A stretch of 64,000 nucleotides of DNA from Thalia democratica (lineage: Eukaryota): assembly GCA_965202585.1 (NCBI GenBank), contig OZ241829.1:66030001-66094000 (forward strand), read 5' to 3'. The position numbers and the translations under genes were made by a program. Positions 1 through 13,465 of this stretch are shown in pieces. Numbering within the stretch: position 1 is the stretch's first letter; each line of letters opens with the position of its first letter. The notes beneath the pieces were generated by a model. That model ran no database searches and had not been told where the DNA came from. It worked only from the letters and a program-made list of their open reading frames with translations.

Positions 1-3000
1 CAGACTTGTATACTACAGTAGAATTATTTTAAGACTAAAAAACATGTTACTATGTAAATTTTTCTATATCGTTTTTCAACTTAATGTTTTTTAATTTCCG
101 AAATTACTTAAATGACAACTTATAATTTTTTATAATTTAGTACAATTTAGTAAATATATACACGTTTTCGTAAGTTAATTAGGATAAAAGTAAAGTTAAA
201 AGTTGCTTAAAGCTCTCATGAGTTCATTCGTGAGTTTAAAACTTATAAAATATATTCAAATAGATAAGTATTGCTACCTAAGCTAAAATAAAAGTCAAAC
301 TGAATTAAGACTCAAGTAACAAATTATATGAGTTTTGTCTACAATTATTTGTAATTGGATTATAAATGCAAGAAAAATAAGTACCGTTTTGAACTAAAAT
401 TATAATAACAGTAAAATAAGTGTATTTGCCACAAGCTCATATCAAGTGCTTTATATAAGCAGTTAAAAGCTTATGATAAAAATTACGCACAAATTCTGCT
501 TGGCTTTTTTGAATAAAGACTTTAAGCATGTAGCATTCTGTTTGTACATTTGTAGACAAACTACTTATCTAAAAAGAGATGAACTGATCCTTCTCTATAT
601 ACAATTCATCAACGACATTACTTTATAAAACAGGATTTGACATCAAACTGACAACGGAAAAAGGAAGTTGGGAAGAAACAAGAGACATGTGCGAAGATAT
701 GGGAGGTCAACTGGTCCACAACACTTTGAAGAGATACGTTGGAAGACTTCGTACATCGTATAAGGAGTAAGTAGCTAAAGAATTTACTCAAGTTAAGTTG
801 TGTATTGCTACTGAGCAAGTGTAATGAACAAGTTTTTAAAATTTGGTATTATCCATTCAAGCTCATTAGATTGATTATTTTTATAAATCTTTTGATAAAA
901 CGTGTTTTGGACGTGGAATAAAACATGACACTTTAAATTTTTTTTTACCATTTCAAAATCTCATTGAGCATAAGTTTTTTCTACATTAATAAAATCTTAA
1001 ATTAAATATTGAAAAATAAAAATTTTGAAATTTTTCACTTATTCAGTTTGGTGGAAGAAGCGATTGACAGCAACGATGTTTGGATCGGATGCCAGCGGGC
1101 CAAGGACAAAACTTTGAACAGCGAGTTCCAACTGTTGAACGGCGAATATTTGTTCGCTTCCCGCGCAAACCCGTTTGAACAGCTGCTCTACTATTGGTCG
1201 GCTTCAGTGCCACGTGACACCGAACTCGATCAAGCCGTTGTCATAAGGCACGAGAAAAAAGCGCTCGAAAACTTGCCCAAGTCACAAGAACTTTACGGGC
1301 TTTGTGAAATTGGACATTATTGATTTATTCTGTTTTTATTTTTTCTATAAGTTAGTTTTTTCTATAAAATTCAAACTTGTATCAAATGATTTCTTCTAAA
1401 ATTGTATAAGATTTAAATTTTAAATTTAGATTTTATAACGATATTTATCGTTTATATTTTGTCTAGTAGTATGTTTGATATATTAAGATATGGATAATTC
1501 AACAAATTAGAAATATTCTGTTTTATTATATTTCAATTTTATTAAGCTTTGCATTTTGTTAAACTCCCAAAAACTAAATTTTATTTGTCAAACTTTCAAG
1601 TATTGGATTATAACAATTTTATAATTGTGTACTTTGAAAAGTTTCACTTGAAACAAAAGTTGTTTTTTTACTTCGTTGTTTACTTATTATATTTTAGTTT
1701 TAAAGGTTTGATTTATAATACTAAAGTTTTGGAGTGTATAAAGCAAAATTATATTTTTTAAATAATCATAAGTATTTCAAGTTTCTAATATAAACTATAA
1801 GCAAATATAAGACTTAAAATAGTTTTCTTAAGGACGCTACAGTTTAAAATAAAAAAGACTATTTTTTATAATCAAATTTACCCAAGGTAAGTATTAAATT
1901 TTAATATATGTTTCTTAACATTTTTAAGCTACTTAAAAATGTAGCAGTAAGTAAAGTTTTTGTCTTAGAAAAACAAAAAAGACCTTGTGAGTAATTTTTG
2001 TGATAGTTTGTTTTAACTACGACTTAGCATGTTTAAAAATATCACGAAGCAGCAAATAATAAATGTAATGAATAAAAACATAACAAATTAATTGATCTTT
2101 TAGGTCAAAAAAAAGCTATACTGTTTTCTTTAGTCTTAATAAAAAGTGTAATATGTAAAAAAGCAAAAAAAAAACTTAAGACTTTTTTAAATTGAATAAA
2201 AAATAAAAGTTTCTCTAAATTTATTCGAAACGTTTTGAACTTTATAAATAATAGAAGAGTAGAAAAATAAGTTGACTTTTAAGATCATGAAATTATTTTT
2301 TATTGTTTTGATATAATCGAAACAAAAAACTTATTATCTATAAAGCAAAAATAAACGTTTAAAATGTTTTTTTAACTTAATACGAACCTTAGGCTCAACT
2401 CCTTTATGTTATCTCAAAAATGTGTTTAATTTTATAAAGAATACCCATGTAATAAAAATAGATGGGCTCTTATATACAAAAAATGTAGTTTTTGTTTAAT
2501 CTTAAAACAATTTGTTATACCTATGAAGTTAGATTATTAAGTTTTTTATCTAAACTTTTTATAAATCATAAGCTCAATTAAGTTTTTTTGAAACGTGTTT
2601 ATTTTTATAAATATTATCAATTAAAAAATAGTTGAACTTTAGGTCACAAAGTTTTTTTTGATTACTCTATCTAAAAAAATTTGGTACTGAAAAACCAAGA
2701 AGTTTGAGCAAGATCTTTTTTGTTAAAATTGAAAAAAGTTATAAGTGTAACAGATTAAATTAAAACTGAGTAAAAGTTAAAAAAAAGTTTTCAAAATGCA
2801 CAAATATCTAAAAGCTTCTCTTTCCCACTATAATAATATTAAAAGTTGTTTATACTCCACCAAGTCGAAAACTATTTAAATTTGTTATAAAATCATGTAA
2901 ACTTTTCCTTTTAAAATATAGTTTTACAAAAAAAATGTTTTTTTATTTTAAGAAAATTAATATATCTTTTAAATATTGAAAAATATAAAATACTCGATAT

Positions 3001-3463
3001 GACAACATGCAAGAAAAAAAAAAAATAAATTCATCAATTTTGTTGTCTTCAAAATGTTGAATTGAATTAACAAAGTCTTAATTAATGTTTAAAAAAAGAA
3101 AATTTAAACTTATTTATGAAAATATAAGTAATCAAACTAAATAGTAACGCTAAAAAAAATAAGGAATTTTTCTTACTATGACGAAATATACCGATTGAAT
3201 AAGCAATTAGCAAGGCCTTATAATCGTTCTACATAATGAAAATATGACAAACAATGTTGTCTGCTGTTTTTTTTTTTTACTTTGAAGTATTTCAAACAAC
3301 TCATATTGATATTATGAATATTCTTGCGGTACGTTGTAAAAAAGTAGAACGAAAAATATAAATTTGTAAAACTTTACATCGGAAAGCTACGAGAATTAGA
3401 ATATGGTGTATGTCTAGCTTTTAATGATTTAGTTTCTTAAACTTAGATCGTACATCTTAGAAA
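1..3463. repeat. Segmental duplication copy, near-identical to 60543-64000
   Basis: The window start cagacttgtatactacag recurs at 60543. The sequences stay colinear, with scattered SNPs and small indels, to atcttagaaa (3463 vs 64000). The ORF track shows paired ORFs at offset 60542. Confidence 0.97.
634..1323 (+). CDS. Last two exons (634-766, 1047-1323) of an upstream paralog of the Sushi/C-type lectin gene; terminal CTL domain
   Basis: aacag|GA TTT GAC... reads GFDIKLTTEKGSWEETRDMCEDMGGQLVHN...; donor GA|gtaagt; acceptor ttattcag|T; reads LVEEAIDSNDVWIGCQR...LCEIGHY* (CTL WxxAxxxC and VWIG motifs). Matches 61176-61865 apart from rare substitutions (SVPRD vs SMPRD). Confidence 0.88.
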
Positions 3464-4739
3464 ATAATTTAGTTAGTGGAACGTCATATACAATGTTTTT
3501 TCTAACAAAAATGCCAGCACGGACCAAAAGTTGTTTGATTTCGAAGGAAGAGTTCCAGAATTAGTTTACTATACCGCCTCAAATCTACTTGAACATAACG
3601 TTTTAATAAAAAAAAATGTTTTAGATTTAAAACTCTTTATTTCTGGAAATCTAGCAATTCTGCTGGAAAGAATTATTTAAGCTTCCCGCCAAATTCTTGC
3701 GATTCAAAACGAATATTTACAATCTAAATACTTTAACAAACGCCGACACGTATTAAGAAAAAAAAGAATACTGAGGATTAACTAAGAAGTTCATTGTAAC
3801 TTTTATAATATTCATATACAAACTAGTTTTTAAAAAACGACATATTATTTTTTCGTAAGATAAAATAGAAAAACGACTTTTAAGATAGTTATTGAAAAAA
3901 CTTTTATCAAAATATATTTATGAGTTATGTGAAAAAAAAAACATTTATTTTAAGCTTCTAAGTTTCGAAAAATAACTGTTACATGTTAATTAATGGTTTC
4001 AACTGCTGAGCTGATTTTAGTAACAAGTTTAGTTGGGTTACAAGTTGTTGAATATGTTATAACATTTTTTTTTATTACAACGATTATTTTCAGGGAAAAA
4101 AAAACTTTTCATTAGTTTTTATAATTTCACACTTGAAATTTTATGCTTACTTTGCAAATTTTAAGTTGTAACCCAAGACACATTTTACCCAATCTGATTT
4201 TTTTCTATAGAAAGTATATTATACTCTTTTTAGTCATTAAAAAACAATAAATTAAAAACCAAAATAAGTGATAGTTTTATAAAACTTATAAGTTTTTTAG
4301 TTTATTGAAAACGATACAGAAATTGACATTCGGTAATATAGTCAAGGGAACTGATTTATGCTTAAATCTTTAAAAATATCAAAGAATTAAATTAATTAAT
4401 AAACTCTAAAATTTTTTATACTGTAGATAAATGATTAGAAGAAAATCTACACAAGTGACTTGTTGCATTTGCATAAATAATCTGAGTAACTTTTTAACTT
4501 TTTTATAACTGTGTTTCTAAAAGTTGGCATAATAGCTTTTAAAAAGTTATTTTACTGTATTAGTGCTGATTAAATGTTTTTGTTAAACGTGTTTTAAAAA
4601 GAATTTCTTTATTTTTTTTTTGGGTAGATCTCAGCACTTATAACAAAAGAAAAAGTATTCAAACTAACAATGTCATAAATATCACTTCATTTCAATTTTA
4701 ACACAAAACTGTTAAATATTTTTAACAAAATTTATTTTT

Positions 4740-5554
4740 TCACCATTCCTTTATGTTCTTTTCCGAAGAAACGAATTCACCGTTCGGGGACTCCACCCCG
4801 ACCGGAAGCGTCGCCAGGTAAACGGGGGCTTCGGCGCCCTGATCGGGCGTCCTCGAGGCCTTATCCCCGCCCAAGTCCGTCTTCACCCATCCGGGGCACA
4901 CCGCGTTGATTATGACGTCACTACCCTTTAGCTTCCTGGCCCACACGAAGGTGAGCGCGGACATGCCGACCTTGGACATTCCGTACGGCTGCTCCACGAA
5001 CCCGTCTTCCTTGCAAGTCCCCCTCCGGCAGCTCTCGACGAACTCCTCCATCTTCCCCGTCAGCTCCTCCTCCGTCAGCGTCTCCCTCCTGAAGAACTTT
5101 TGGTTCTCCTCGCTCAACTGCTTGAGGTACATGATGCTCAAAGTGCTGGACACGTTGACGATCCTGCCACCCCTCCTCACAATAGGAAACAGGATCCTGC
5201 TGATGTCGACGGTTCAAGTGTAGTTCGTCCTCACGCAGTCCTCCGCCTTTTTCACTGCGGCGTCGCGTCGGTCGAGTCGTACGCGATGCCCGCGTTGTTC
5301 ACGATGACGTCGATGCCCCCGTACTGTGACGTCATGAAGCTTTTGAGCCGCTCGATGCTCTTGACGTCGCAAACGTCCAATTCGTGGAACTGGGGGTAGA
5401 GTCCCTCTCTCTCAAGGGTCTTCACCGCCTCCCTGCCGCGCTGCTCGTTCCTGGACAGAATGAAGACGTCCCCGTCGAACTTCTGGCACAGCCCCCTGAC
5501 GATGGCGAGCCCGATGCCCTTGTTGGAACCCGTTACTATGGCAACATTTGTCAT
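4740..5554 (-). pseudogene. CBR1: Carbonyl reductase [NADPH] 1-like SDR, intronless, disrupted by a 1-bp deletion and a nonsense codon
   Basis: MTNVAIVTGSNKGIGLAIVRGLC (TGxxxGIG), NNAGIAY, NVSS, YGMSK (YxxxK), CPGWVKTDLGG...EW* align with vertebrate CBR1 along the whole length. Against the copy at 40715-41148 it lacks one base near 5256 (cact-gcgg vs cactagcgg) and has ACT TGA ACC instead of ACT GGA ACC near 5215. Confidence 0.9.
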
Positions 5555-6957
5555 AATTTTCTCGTGTTTAAAATTTATCTGTCTTAATTTAAATTTTTTG
5601 ATATTACATTTATTAATAATAATATTTTCATTTTTTTTCATAGTATGTAATACTAAATACTTTAAAAAAAAAGAAAAGCAAAGTACATGTTGGAAAAATA
5701 TATTATTTAACATGTTTTACTAACTAGTATGCTAATTAAATGTTTTATACTATTGTTTCAAAAAGGAACAAAATTTTCAAAAGTACTGTGAATAGTCAGT
5801 TTGACTGTTAAAATATTACATCATATAACTTTTTTATGTAAAGTTACTAATTTTCGCGCGAATGAAAGTTACTATGAATAAAAATTTGTGCATAAAGCAT
5901 TGAGTCGAATAAACGTGTAAAGAAGTGTTTATACTTAACACATACTATTTATTTAAATATGTAAAATTGTGAAATTTAAGTTACAACAAAAAAGAGTTGT
6001 TTTATTTTTGTATTAAATATAAATATTAAAACAGTTGTAAATAATTTTGAGATTTGTTCAGCATAGTTAGTTTGTTTTCAGGCAAAATTGTAATCTAACT
6101 GAATTTGTAAGTAATATATATATTTAATAAAACTTTTTACGAACCGTCTCAATTTTACACACAAAACACTTTGAAAGGTCTTCTGTTTATTTATATAAAC
6201 ATTGTAAATCGTGTTTGAAAAATAAACTACGAACTGATGGTAAAACTAACTAAGTTAATTAAGTTTGAATTTAAACAAAAAAAAGCTTAGTTTACTTAAC
6301 TTAAAAACTTGTAAGTCACTTTCATGTATATTTGTTTACAACTACTGTCAATACATGAAAATGAAAAGGCAGCACTTGTTGGTTATAAGTAAAGAACTTA
6401 AAACCAGTGAATGTTGGTGGATCATAAACTAAATGTTCTGTTTAGTCTTGCTGTCTGAAGCCAGATTGTCAGTCAGACTTTTCTATACGCTTTACATTAA
6501 GACGGGCCAACACTCTAGGGTTTTTCAAATATATAGTTTTATCATTTATGTTAACTTTGCGTAACAAAACACAAACTAATTTTTTACTAAAGTAAAGTAT
6601 TATTAAAAGCTTGTAAACTAGACACTATTTAAATTTGAAAAGTAGATACAAATAAATAAAAATCAGAATCAATACGCTCAACGATTTAATTATAAAAAAT
6701 TGATTTACTTTTTTGTAACTAAAAAAATATTCACTTTACTAGTCTAAACGGCAAGTGCAAAATAAATAAGTTGTGAAGCTGCCTAGCTAACCAACTTTCG
6801 GTTATAAACGAAATAAAAACAAGCAAGTCGAGTAAATTAATGTTACATCTTTTACTGATTCTAAAGAACTTTCTGTTGTAATTAAAAGGTTTTTTTTTAA
6901 TAAAAAATTTCTTCACAATTTTCCAACACAAACTACCATGCAAATGTTAAAAAATAT

Positions 6958-7030
6958 GCCACCAGCTGGATTCGATCTCGGTACACTCGAATGGTTATTT
7001 TCGTTTTAACCACTCGACCATCATGGTTGA
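6958..7030 (-). mobile_element. tRNA-like (SINE head or pseudo-tRNA) sequence
   Basis: The - strand reads ...gaTGGTCGAGTGGttaa...gaGATCGAATCCagc, i.e. Pol III A-box and B-box-like motifs at tRNA spacing. The acceptor and anticodon stems are degenerate. Confidence 0.5.
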
Positions 7031-9574
7031 TTTAATTAAATCTTGTAACGATTATATACTTAGTTTTTATCATCATGTTATGAATATTTGTTGCTTTACC
7101 ATCACATAAAACCCATTAGAAAATGAACAATTTTCTCTGATACAAGAGATTTTTTCAAATAAATACTCTTATTTTGTGAAATAAAGCGACATTAAAAAAA
7201 ATAAAGTATTTAAGCACAGACTAAACTCCTCTTAGTTAAGCCAGTTAATGTTATTCTTTTGAAAACTTAATATACGTGTTTACAATAAGAAGTTTTGTAT
7301 ACAATTATTTTTTTTGTTTACAATCATATTCTAAACTGAGAAAACAAAATACTTAATTTTTATAGTATAAAATAAAAGCCGAAAAAGTGGTTAATGGCTA
7401 CAGCGAACAAACAACTTTGTGGTTGTTGCAATATAAACATAACAATTGAAATACATACTGAAATATGGAATTACAAGTAAAAACTAAACAGATACTTATT
7501 GGTATAACAATTATAATAATATATAGTGTAATTGTTGCTCGACACTTCTTTTACAAATAGTCAAAGAACATCTTTCTTCAAGTGTTAATTAATAGAACTC
7601 TGTCTTAAAATTACATTAGCAAATTCACTAACAGTATAAATAGCATATAAGAATGTAAACTTTCTTTAATTTCAAAATTGTTTGTTATGATTCTATTAAC
7701 AATAATATGAATGTGTTGAAAACTAAGTTTAGTAGGTTATCTTAGTTATGGTAATGAAAACTTTATTTTAAGGTAATTATAAAGTTGAATTCTTTAAAAA
7801 AATAAACTTATACTTTTCAAAACTTCATAGTGAAAAAAAAAATTTTTTTACAGATGAACTAAAGCTTTGTCAAAGGTTAATAGACTAAAACAGAAACGAT
7901 TTACTACTTGCGATTTTTTAAAAGCTGAAAATTAGCTTAAGTTATGTAGTAAAAACAGTTTGATATAAGTAATTTTACTTTGATAAAGTTGTTTTTTACC
8001 TTGAGACAAATACTTCTAAACAAATAGATAACTTTAAGTGTAAAACCAGTAATTAATCAAAAATAAAACAAAAGCTTTATTCATTTTATTGAGTTTTTTT
8101 TTGAAAACTTGTAATCTAAAATTTAATAAAAATATCAACTTTCTTTGCTTTAAGTTCTTGAACTTTTTCTTTTAAACAATTAATCAGCTTGAATTCATAC
8201 TATATTATTTACAAAATAAAGTAATTTATTTTAGGCAAGTGATACAGAGTCAATTTTTTAATAACACAGCTTTTTTCGTTTTATTTTATTTCATGTTTGA
8301 GCAATGTTTTTGTAATATTGATTTTCGTAAGGACTTGTTTTGCAATAAACTTAAAACTTTTATAATGTTTGGAAATCTCCTTTGAAAATATTTTTCCGTG
8401 GTGAATTTAAAAATTAAAACTAGTCTAATGTTTTTTTTCTTAAAAATAAATTGCTTTTTAAGCTTATCAGTGGAAGAATTTTTTTAAGAAAGTTGTTAAA
8501 GTGAAAATGTTGTTAAAAAATACTTTCAAAAAATTCTCTACAATAGTAAGTAACTTAAAAAAAACTTATAATGAAAATGCAGTTTGTAAGCTATTAAATA
8601 AACTAAGCAAGGAAAAATATGTCTCAAACAAAATTATAAAAATAACTATATTTTTTAATCTTAAGTAATGTTGTACTTTACTAAACTTATTTAACTAGTA
8701 ACCATTACTTTTTGTTTAAGAACTTTATCGTAAAAGAGATATTGTTTTAAATAAATTACAAATGAATTAACATTAATGTTAATCAAATATTTTAAACTCT
8801 ACTTACAAAGAAAATGATTTTAAAGAACTTTTTGAAAGTTTTTTTTGTTTTTTGACTTTAAAAATGATTGTAAAATATTTTTGCTGTGTATTAGTAAAAA
8901 CCGTTAGCTTAAACAACTTTGTTTAACTATTTAATTACAAATCTAGAATATCAATTAAAAACTAAATGCCACAAGGCTAATTTTTTCGTAAAAAATATGT
9001 GAAAACTTTAAATGCTCGTTTTGACCTAAAACTATGAAAAAAATCGTTTAAAAGGGTGTGCTTTTTTTTAAATTTATATTTCTTTATCTTTTTTAATATT
9101 AATTTTAGAGTAGAATATTAAGTTATCGTCATTATTATATTTATCGTTATTTTAAGAAAAAAAATATTTTACCTTATAGTAAATAAGATTCATACCAAAG
9201 ATAGTTATACAGTGTTAATTAACTTCTAAATTTATAGTTGTTTGAATTAAGATACGATAACTCAGTTTTAAGAAATATTCTGTTAACTTATTAAATACTT
9301 TAAGATTACGAGAATCTAATAAAAAAACAAAGATTTTATAGTGTAAGCTTTACGCGGTTAAACTTTGCAGATTCTATTTCATTTTAACATTTTTATAAAA
9401 AATGAATTAAGTCTCTACTAAACAGTTTTTTGGACCTGGTTTGAAATTGTAAAGTTTTAAAATTCTGAAGTTAACTAAAGCTTGACAAAGATAAACACAA
9501 GTTTGTAAACATTTGGAGGGAAAATTTATAAGAACTGAAGAAACAGGTTTGTAATTTAATATTATTTATATTTA

Positions 9575-9972
9575 CAGGGTTGCAACTTTACCTGGAAACC
9601 TGGAATTTGACAATTTAGGCAACAAAACCTAGAATTTGAGAATTTTTGAAAAAAACCTGGAATTTTGAAAAAAAATCACTAAAAAACCTGGAATTTTAAA
9701 CAATTTTTACATGTTAAGTAGAAAAATCTAGATTTGACAGAAAAATTCTACCCTAAAAATAAAAGTTTTTTGTCATTATCAAAATTTTTTTTATTCAAAA
9801 GATTATTTAAATTAGCTTTACCATATCTTTTCAATATTTTTTACTATTTAACACATTTTTTACCTCAAACTTAATTTTAAACTAAAAATAGACTCTAAAA
9901 AGTGTACTTTTAAAAAACTGAAGGAAGTTTTGAAAACCTTGAAAAATTTTTGAAAATACAGTGGTCATGCTT
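9575..9972. mobile_element. Degenerate MITE of the cagggttgc...gtggc(a)accctg family
   Basis: Starts ta|CAGGGTTGCAAC, has internal aaaacctggaatttt repeats and ends cagtggtcatgc. Related copies recur in every unit of the 17.5-35 kb array and near 35.85 kb. Confidence 0.6.
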
Positions 9973-10283
9973 AACTTTAGGTGAGGACGCTTTGGTTCAA
10001 TATACAGGAAATTCTCAGCATTATTTTCAATGATATTCAATTTTATTTTGAAATTTATTCATATTAATTATTTATATTACTGAATGTAATTTTAGCTGGC
10101 ACTTTAGGTGGCTTTTCAACAATGCAACTTTCTAATAACAAAGTTTTTGTATTCTTTTTTGTATTCTAATAACAAAAATTTTACTAAAGTCAGTTTTAAA
10201 TTAAAACATCAAAATCAACACTAAGCTGAAGTTTGATCGATATATAAATACAGCATATATACGTTATATACCTGTCTTCACTA

Positions 10284-12360
10284 TCTTAGACGTTTAACTT
10301 TTATTTTACGTCCTATCGTTTCGATACTTTGCAATTGTGAACTGATAAGTCGTCTCAAAATGGGTGCCAAATTGCTGATCAAACAAACTAATATTACGTC
10401 ATAATCGACATATAAAGACGAAAATTCCGTACAAATCGTAAATTTTATATCTTATCTTAGACGTTTAACTTTTATTTTACGTCCTATCGTTTCGATACTT
10501 TGCAATTGTGAACTGATAACTCGTCTCAAAATGGGTGCCAAATTGCAGATCAAACAAACTAATATTACGTCATAATCGACTTATAAAGACGAAAATTCCG
10601 TACAAATCGTAAATTTTACATCTTATCTTAGACGTTTAACTTTTATTTTACGTCCTATTGTTTTGATACTTTGCAATTGTGTTCTGATAAGTCGTCTCAA
10701 AATGGGTGCCAAATTGCAGATCAAACAAACTAATATTACGTCATAATCGACTTATAAAGACGAAAATCCCGTATAAATAGTAAATTTTACATCTTATCTT
10801 AGACGTTTAACTTTTATTTTACGTCCTATCGTTTCGATACTTTGCAATTGTGAACTGATAAGTCGTCTCAAAATGGGTGCCAAATTGCAGATCAAACAAA
10901 CTAATATTACGTCATAATCGACTTATAAAGACGAAAATCCCGTATAAATCGTAAATTTTACATCTTATCTTAGACTTTTAACTTTTATTTTACGTCCTAT
11001 TGTTTTGATACTTTGCAATTGTGAACTGATAAGTCCTCTCAAAATGGGTGCCAAATTGCAGATCAAACAAACTAATATTACGTCATAATCGACATATAAA
11101 GACGAAAATTCCGTATAAATCGTAAATTTTACATCTTACCTTAGACGTTTAACTTTTATTTTATGTCCTATTGTTTTGATACTTTGCAATTGTGTTCTGA
11201 TAAGTCGTCTCAAAATGGGTGCTAAATTGCAGATCAAACAAACTAATATTACTTCATAATCGACATATAAAGACGAAAATTCCGTACAAATCGTAAATTT
11301 TACATTTTATCTTAGACGTATAACTTTTATTTTACGTCCTATTGTTTTGATACTTTGCAATTGTGAACTGATAAGTCGTCTCAAAATGGGTGCCAAATTG
11401 CAGATCAAACAAACTAATATTACGTCATAATCGACTTATAAAGACGAAAATCCCGTATAAATCGTAAATTTTATATCTTATCTTAGACGTTTAACTTTTA
11501 TTTTACGTCCTATCGTTTCGATACTTTGCAATTGTGAACTGATAAGTCGTCTCAAAATAGGTGCCAAATTGCAGATCAAACAAACTAATATTACGTCATA
11601 ATCGACTTATAAAGACGAAAATTCCGTACAAATCGTAAATTTTACATCTTATCTTAGACGTTTAACTTTTATTTTACGTCCTATCGTTTCGATACTTTGC
11701 AATTGTGTTCTGATAAGTCGTCTCAAAATGGGTGATAAATTGCAGATCAAACAAACTAATATTACGTCATAATCGTCTTATAAAGACGAAAATCCCGTAT
11801 AAATAGTAAATTTTACATCTTATCTTAGACGTTTAACTTTTATTTTACGTCCTATCGTTTCGATACTTTGCAATTGTGAACTGATAAGTCGTCTCAAAAT
11901 GGGTGCCAAATTGCAGATCAAACAAACTAATATTACGTCATAATCGACATATAAAGACGAAAATTCCGTATAAATCGTAAATTTTACATCTTATCTTAGA
12001 CGTTTAAATTTTATTTTACGTCCTATTGTTTTGATACTTTGCAATTGTGAACTGATAAGTCGTCTCAAAATGGGTGCTAAATTGCAAATCAAACAAACTA
12101 ATATTACGTCATAATCGACATATAAAGACGGAAATCCCGTACAAATCGTAAATTTTACATCTTATCTTAGACGGTTAACTTTTATTTTACGTTCTATCGT
12201 TTCGATACTTTGCAATTGTGAACTGATAAGTCGTCTTAAAATGGGTGCCAAATTGCAGATCAAACAAACTAATATTACGTCATAATCGACTTATAAAGAC
12301 GAAAATCCCGTATAAATCGTAAATTTACGTCTTTTCTTAGACGCCAAATTTTTATTTTAC
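10284..12360 (+). repeat. Left arm: 12 tandem copies of a 171-bp unit plus a partial copy
   Basis: The tcttagacg marker occurs at 10284, 10455, 10626, 10797, 10968, 11139, 11310, 11481, 11652, 11823, 11994, 12165 and 12335. Confidence 0.97.
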
Positions 12361-13465
12361 ATTTTAGGAGCATAAAAAAACGCGTGTCTCTGTTTTGTAC
12401 TTTTAGACCTTATCAAAAACACCTTAAGATATCATGGCGTTTTTTTTAAATGGTTTAAACATAAACTTAATAAACTTTTTTGTGTTGTTATTCTTATAAT
12501 CTTCATGGAATCATAGCAATAAGTTTTATAATAGCTTTTTACTTAAAATACTTTAATAAGTAGAGACTAGAGAGCTTCTAAAAAGGCGTTTTAGACTTAC
12601 GGACTTTATCAAACCATTTAAGAATCTACTACGTTTTTTTTACTCTTTTTAACATAAACTTAATGAACTTTTTTCATTTTATATAACTAACCTTTATAAA
12701 AGTATAGCAACAAAAAAATGTATAAATTAACAAGTTCTAAATAATTTTAATAAATATGATACGACCTAAGATAAACAACACGATGAATTTTGTTGACAAT
12801 TTTAATGAAATGAAACATAATGCTATAAAATATCTACTTGTAACTAATTTAAATTAAATCGAGTAAAATACAGTCAAAATTAAAAATAATATTCTTCATG
12901 AAAAGAATCTTCATCATAATTTTTTAAATAGCCGCAATGTCCACAAAACCACTTAAAATTCAAAAAAGACTCGAAGGGAGAATTATTGTAAGGAAGGCAA
13001 TTAAAATGGAACCACTTTCTACAGTTCTCACATCCCAACTAGAAATTAAAGTTTGAGTAGTTAATCATTAACAACGTTAATTATAAACAGCTATTGATGT
13101 TCTATATTTTAGTTCGGACTGACAGCTATACTAAATTAAGAAATGCTTACTAACCCATTTTACCTTTTCGTTCTTTTTTTTTTATGCCACGCAGGGTCAT
13201 CTCTTTTACATTTGTAGCAAAAAACTTTGTTTACGACTGAAATTAAAAATTACGTACAAATTGATCAATACATAATGTTTAAAAATGTAGTGCTTGCTTA
13301 ATTTTTTTTTCTTTTATTTGTTAGTTGTTTAAATCTTATTAGTTTACCTCCGTCCTTTATTAGACTTGTTGCAATTTCTAAGCGTTTTGAATTCAGAAGT
13401 TCGCAGTTAGTTTCAACACGTATGTTTTTTAAAGAATGAGGAAAGCAAGATATAAATTGTTCTGC

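Noticed and set aside
618-818. - strand ORFs at 618-818 and 61160-61360, and antisense ORFs over Sushi exons
   Set aside because: Antisense to supported + strand exons.
4906-5723. Several + strand and alternate-frame ORFs overlapping CBR (also 40625-41245)
   Set aside because: Shadow ORFs caused by high GC3 of the real - strand CDS; no recognisable protein features.
12900-13120. Short ORF in the Foldback spacer as a transposase remnant
   Set aside because: Only ~39 aa with no DDE or zinc-finger motif.
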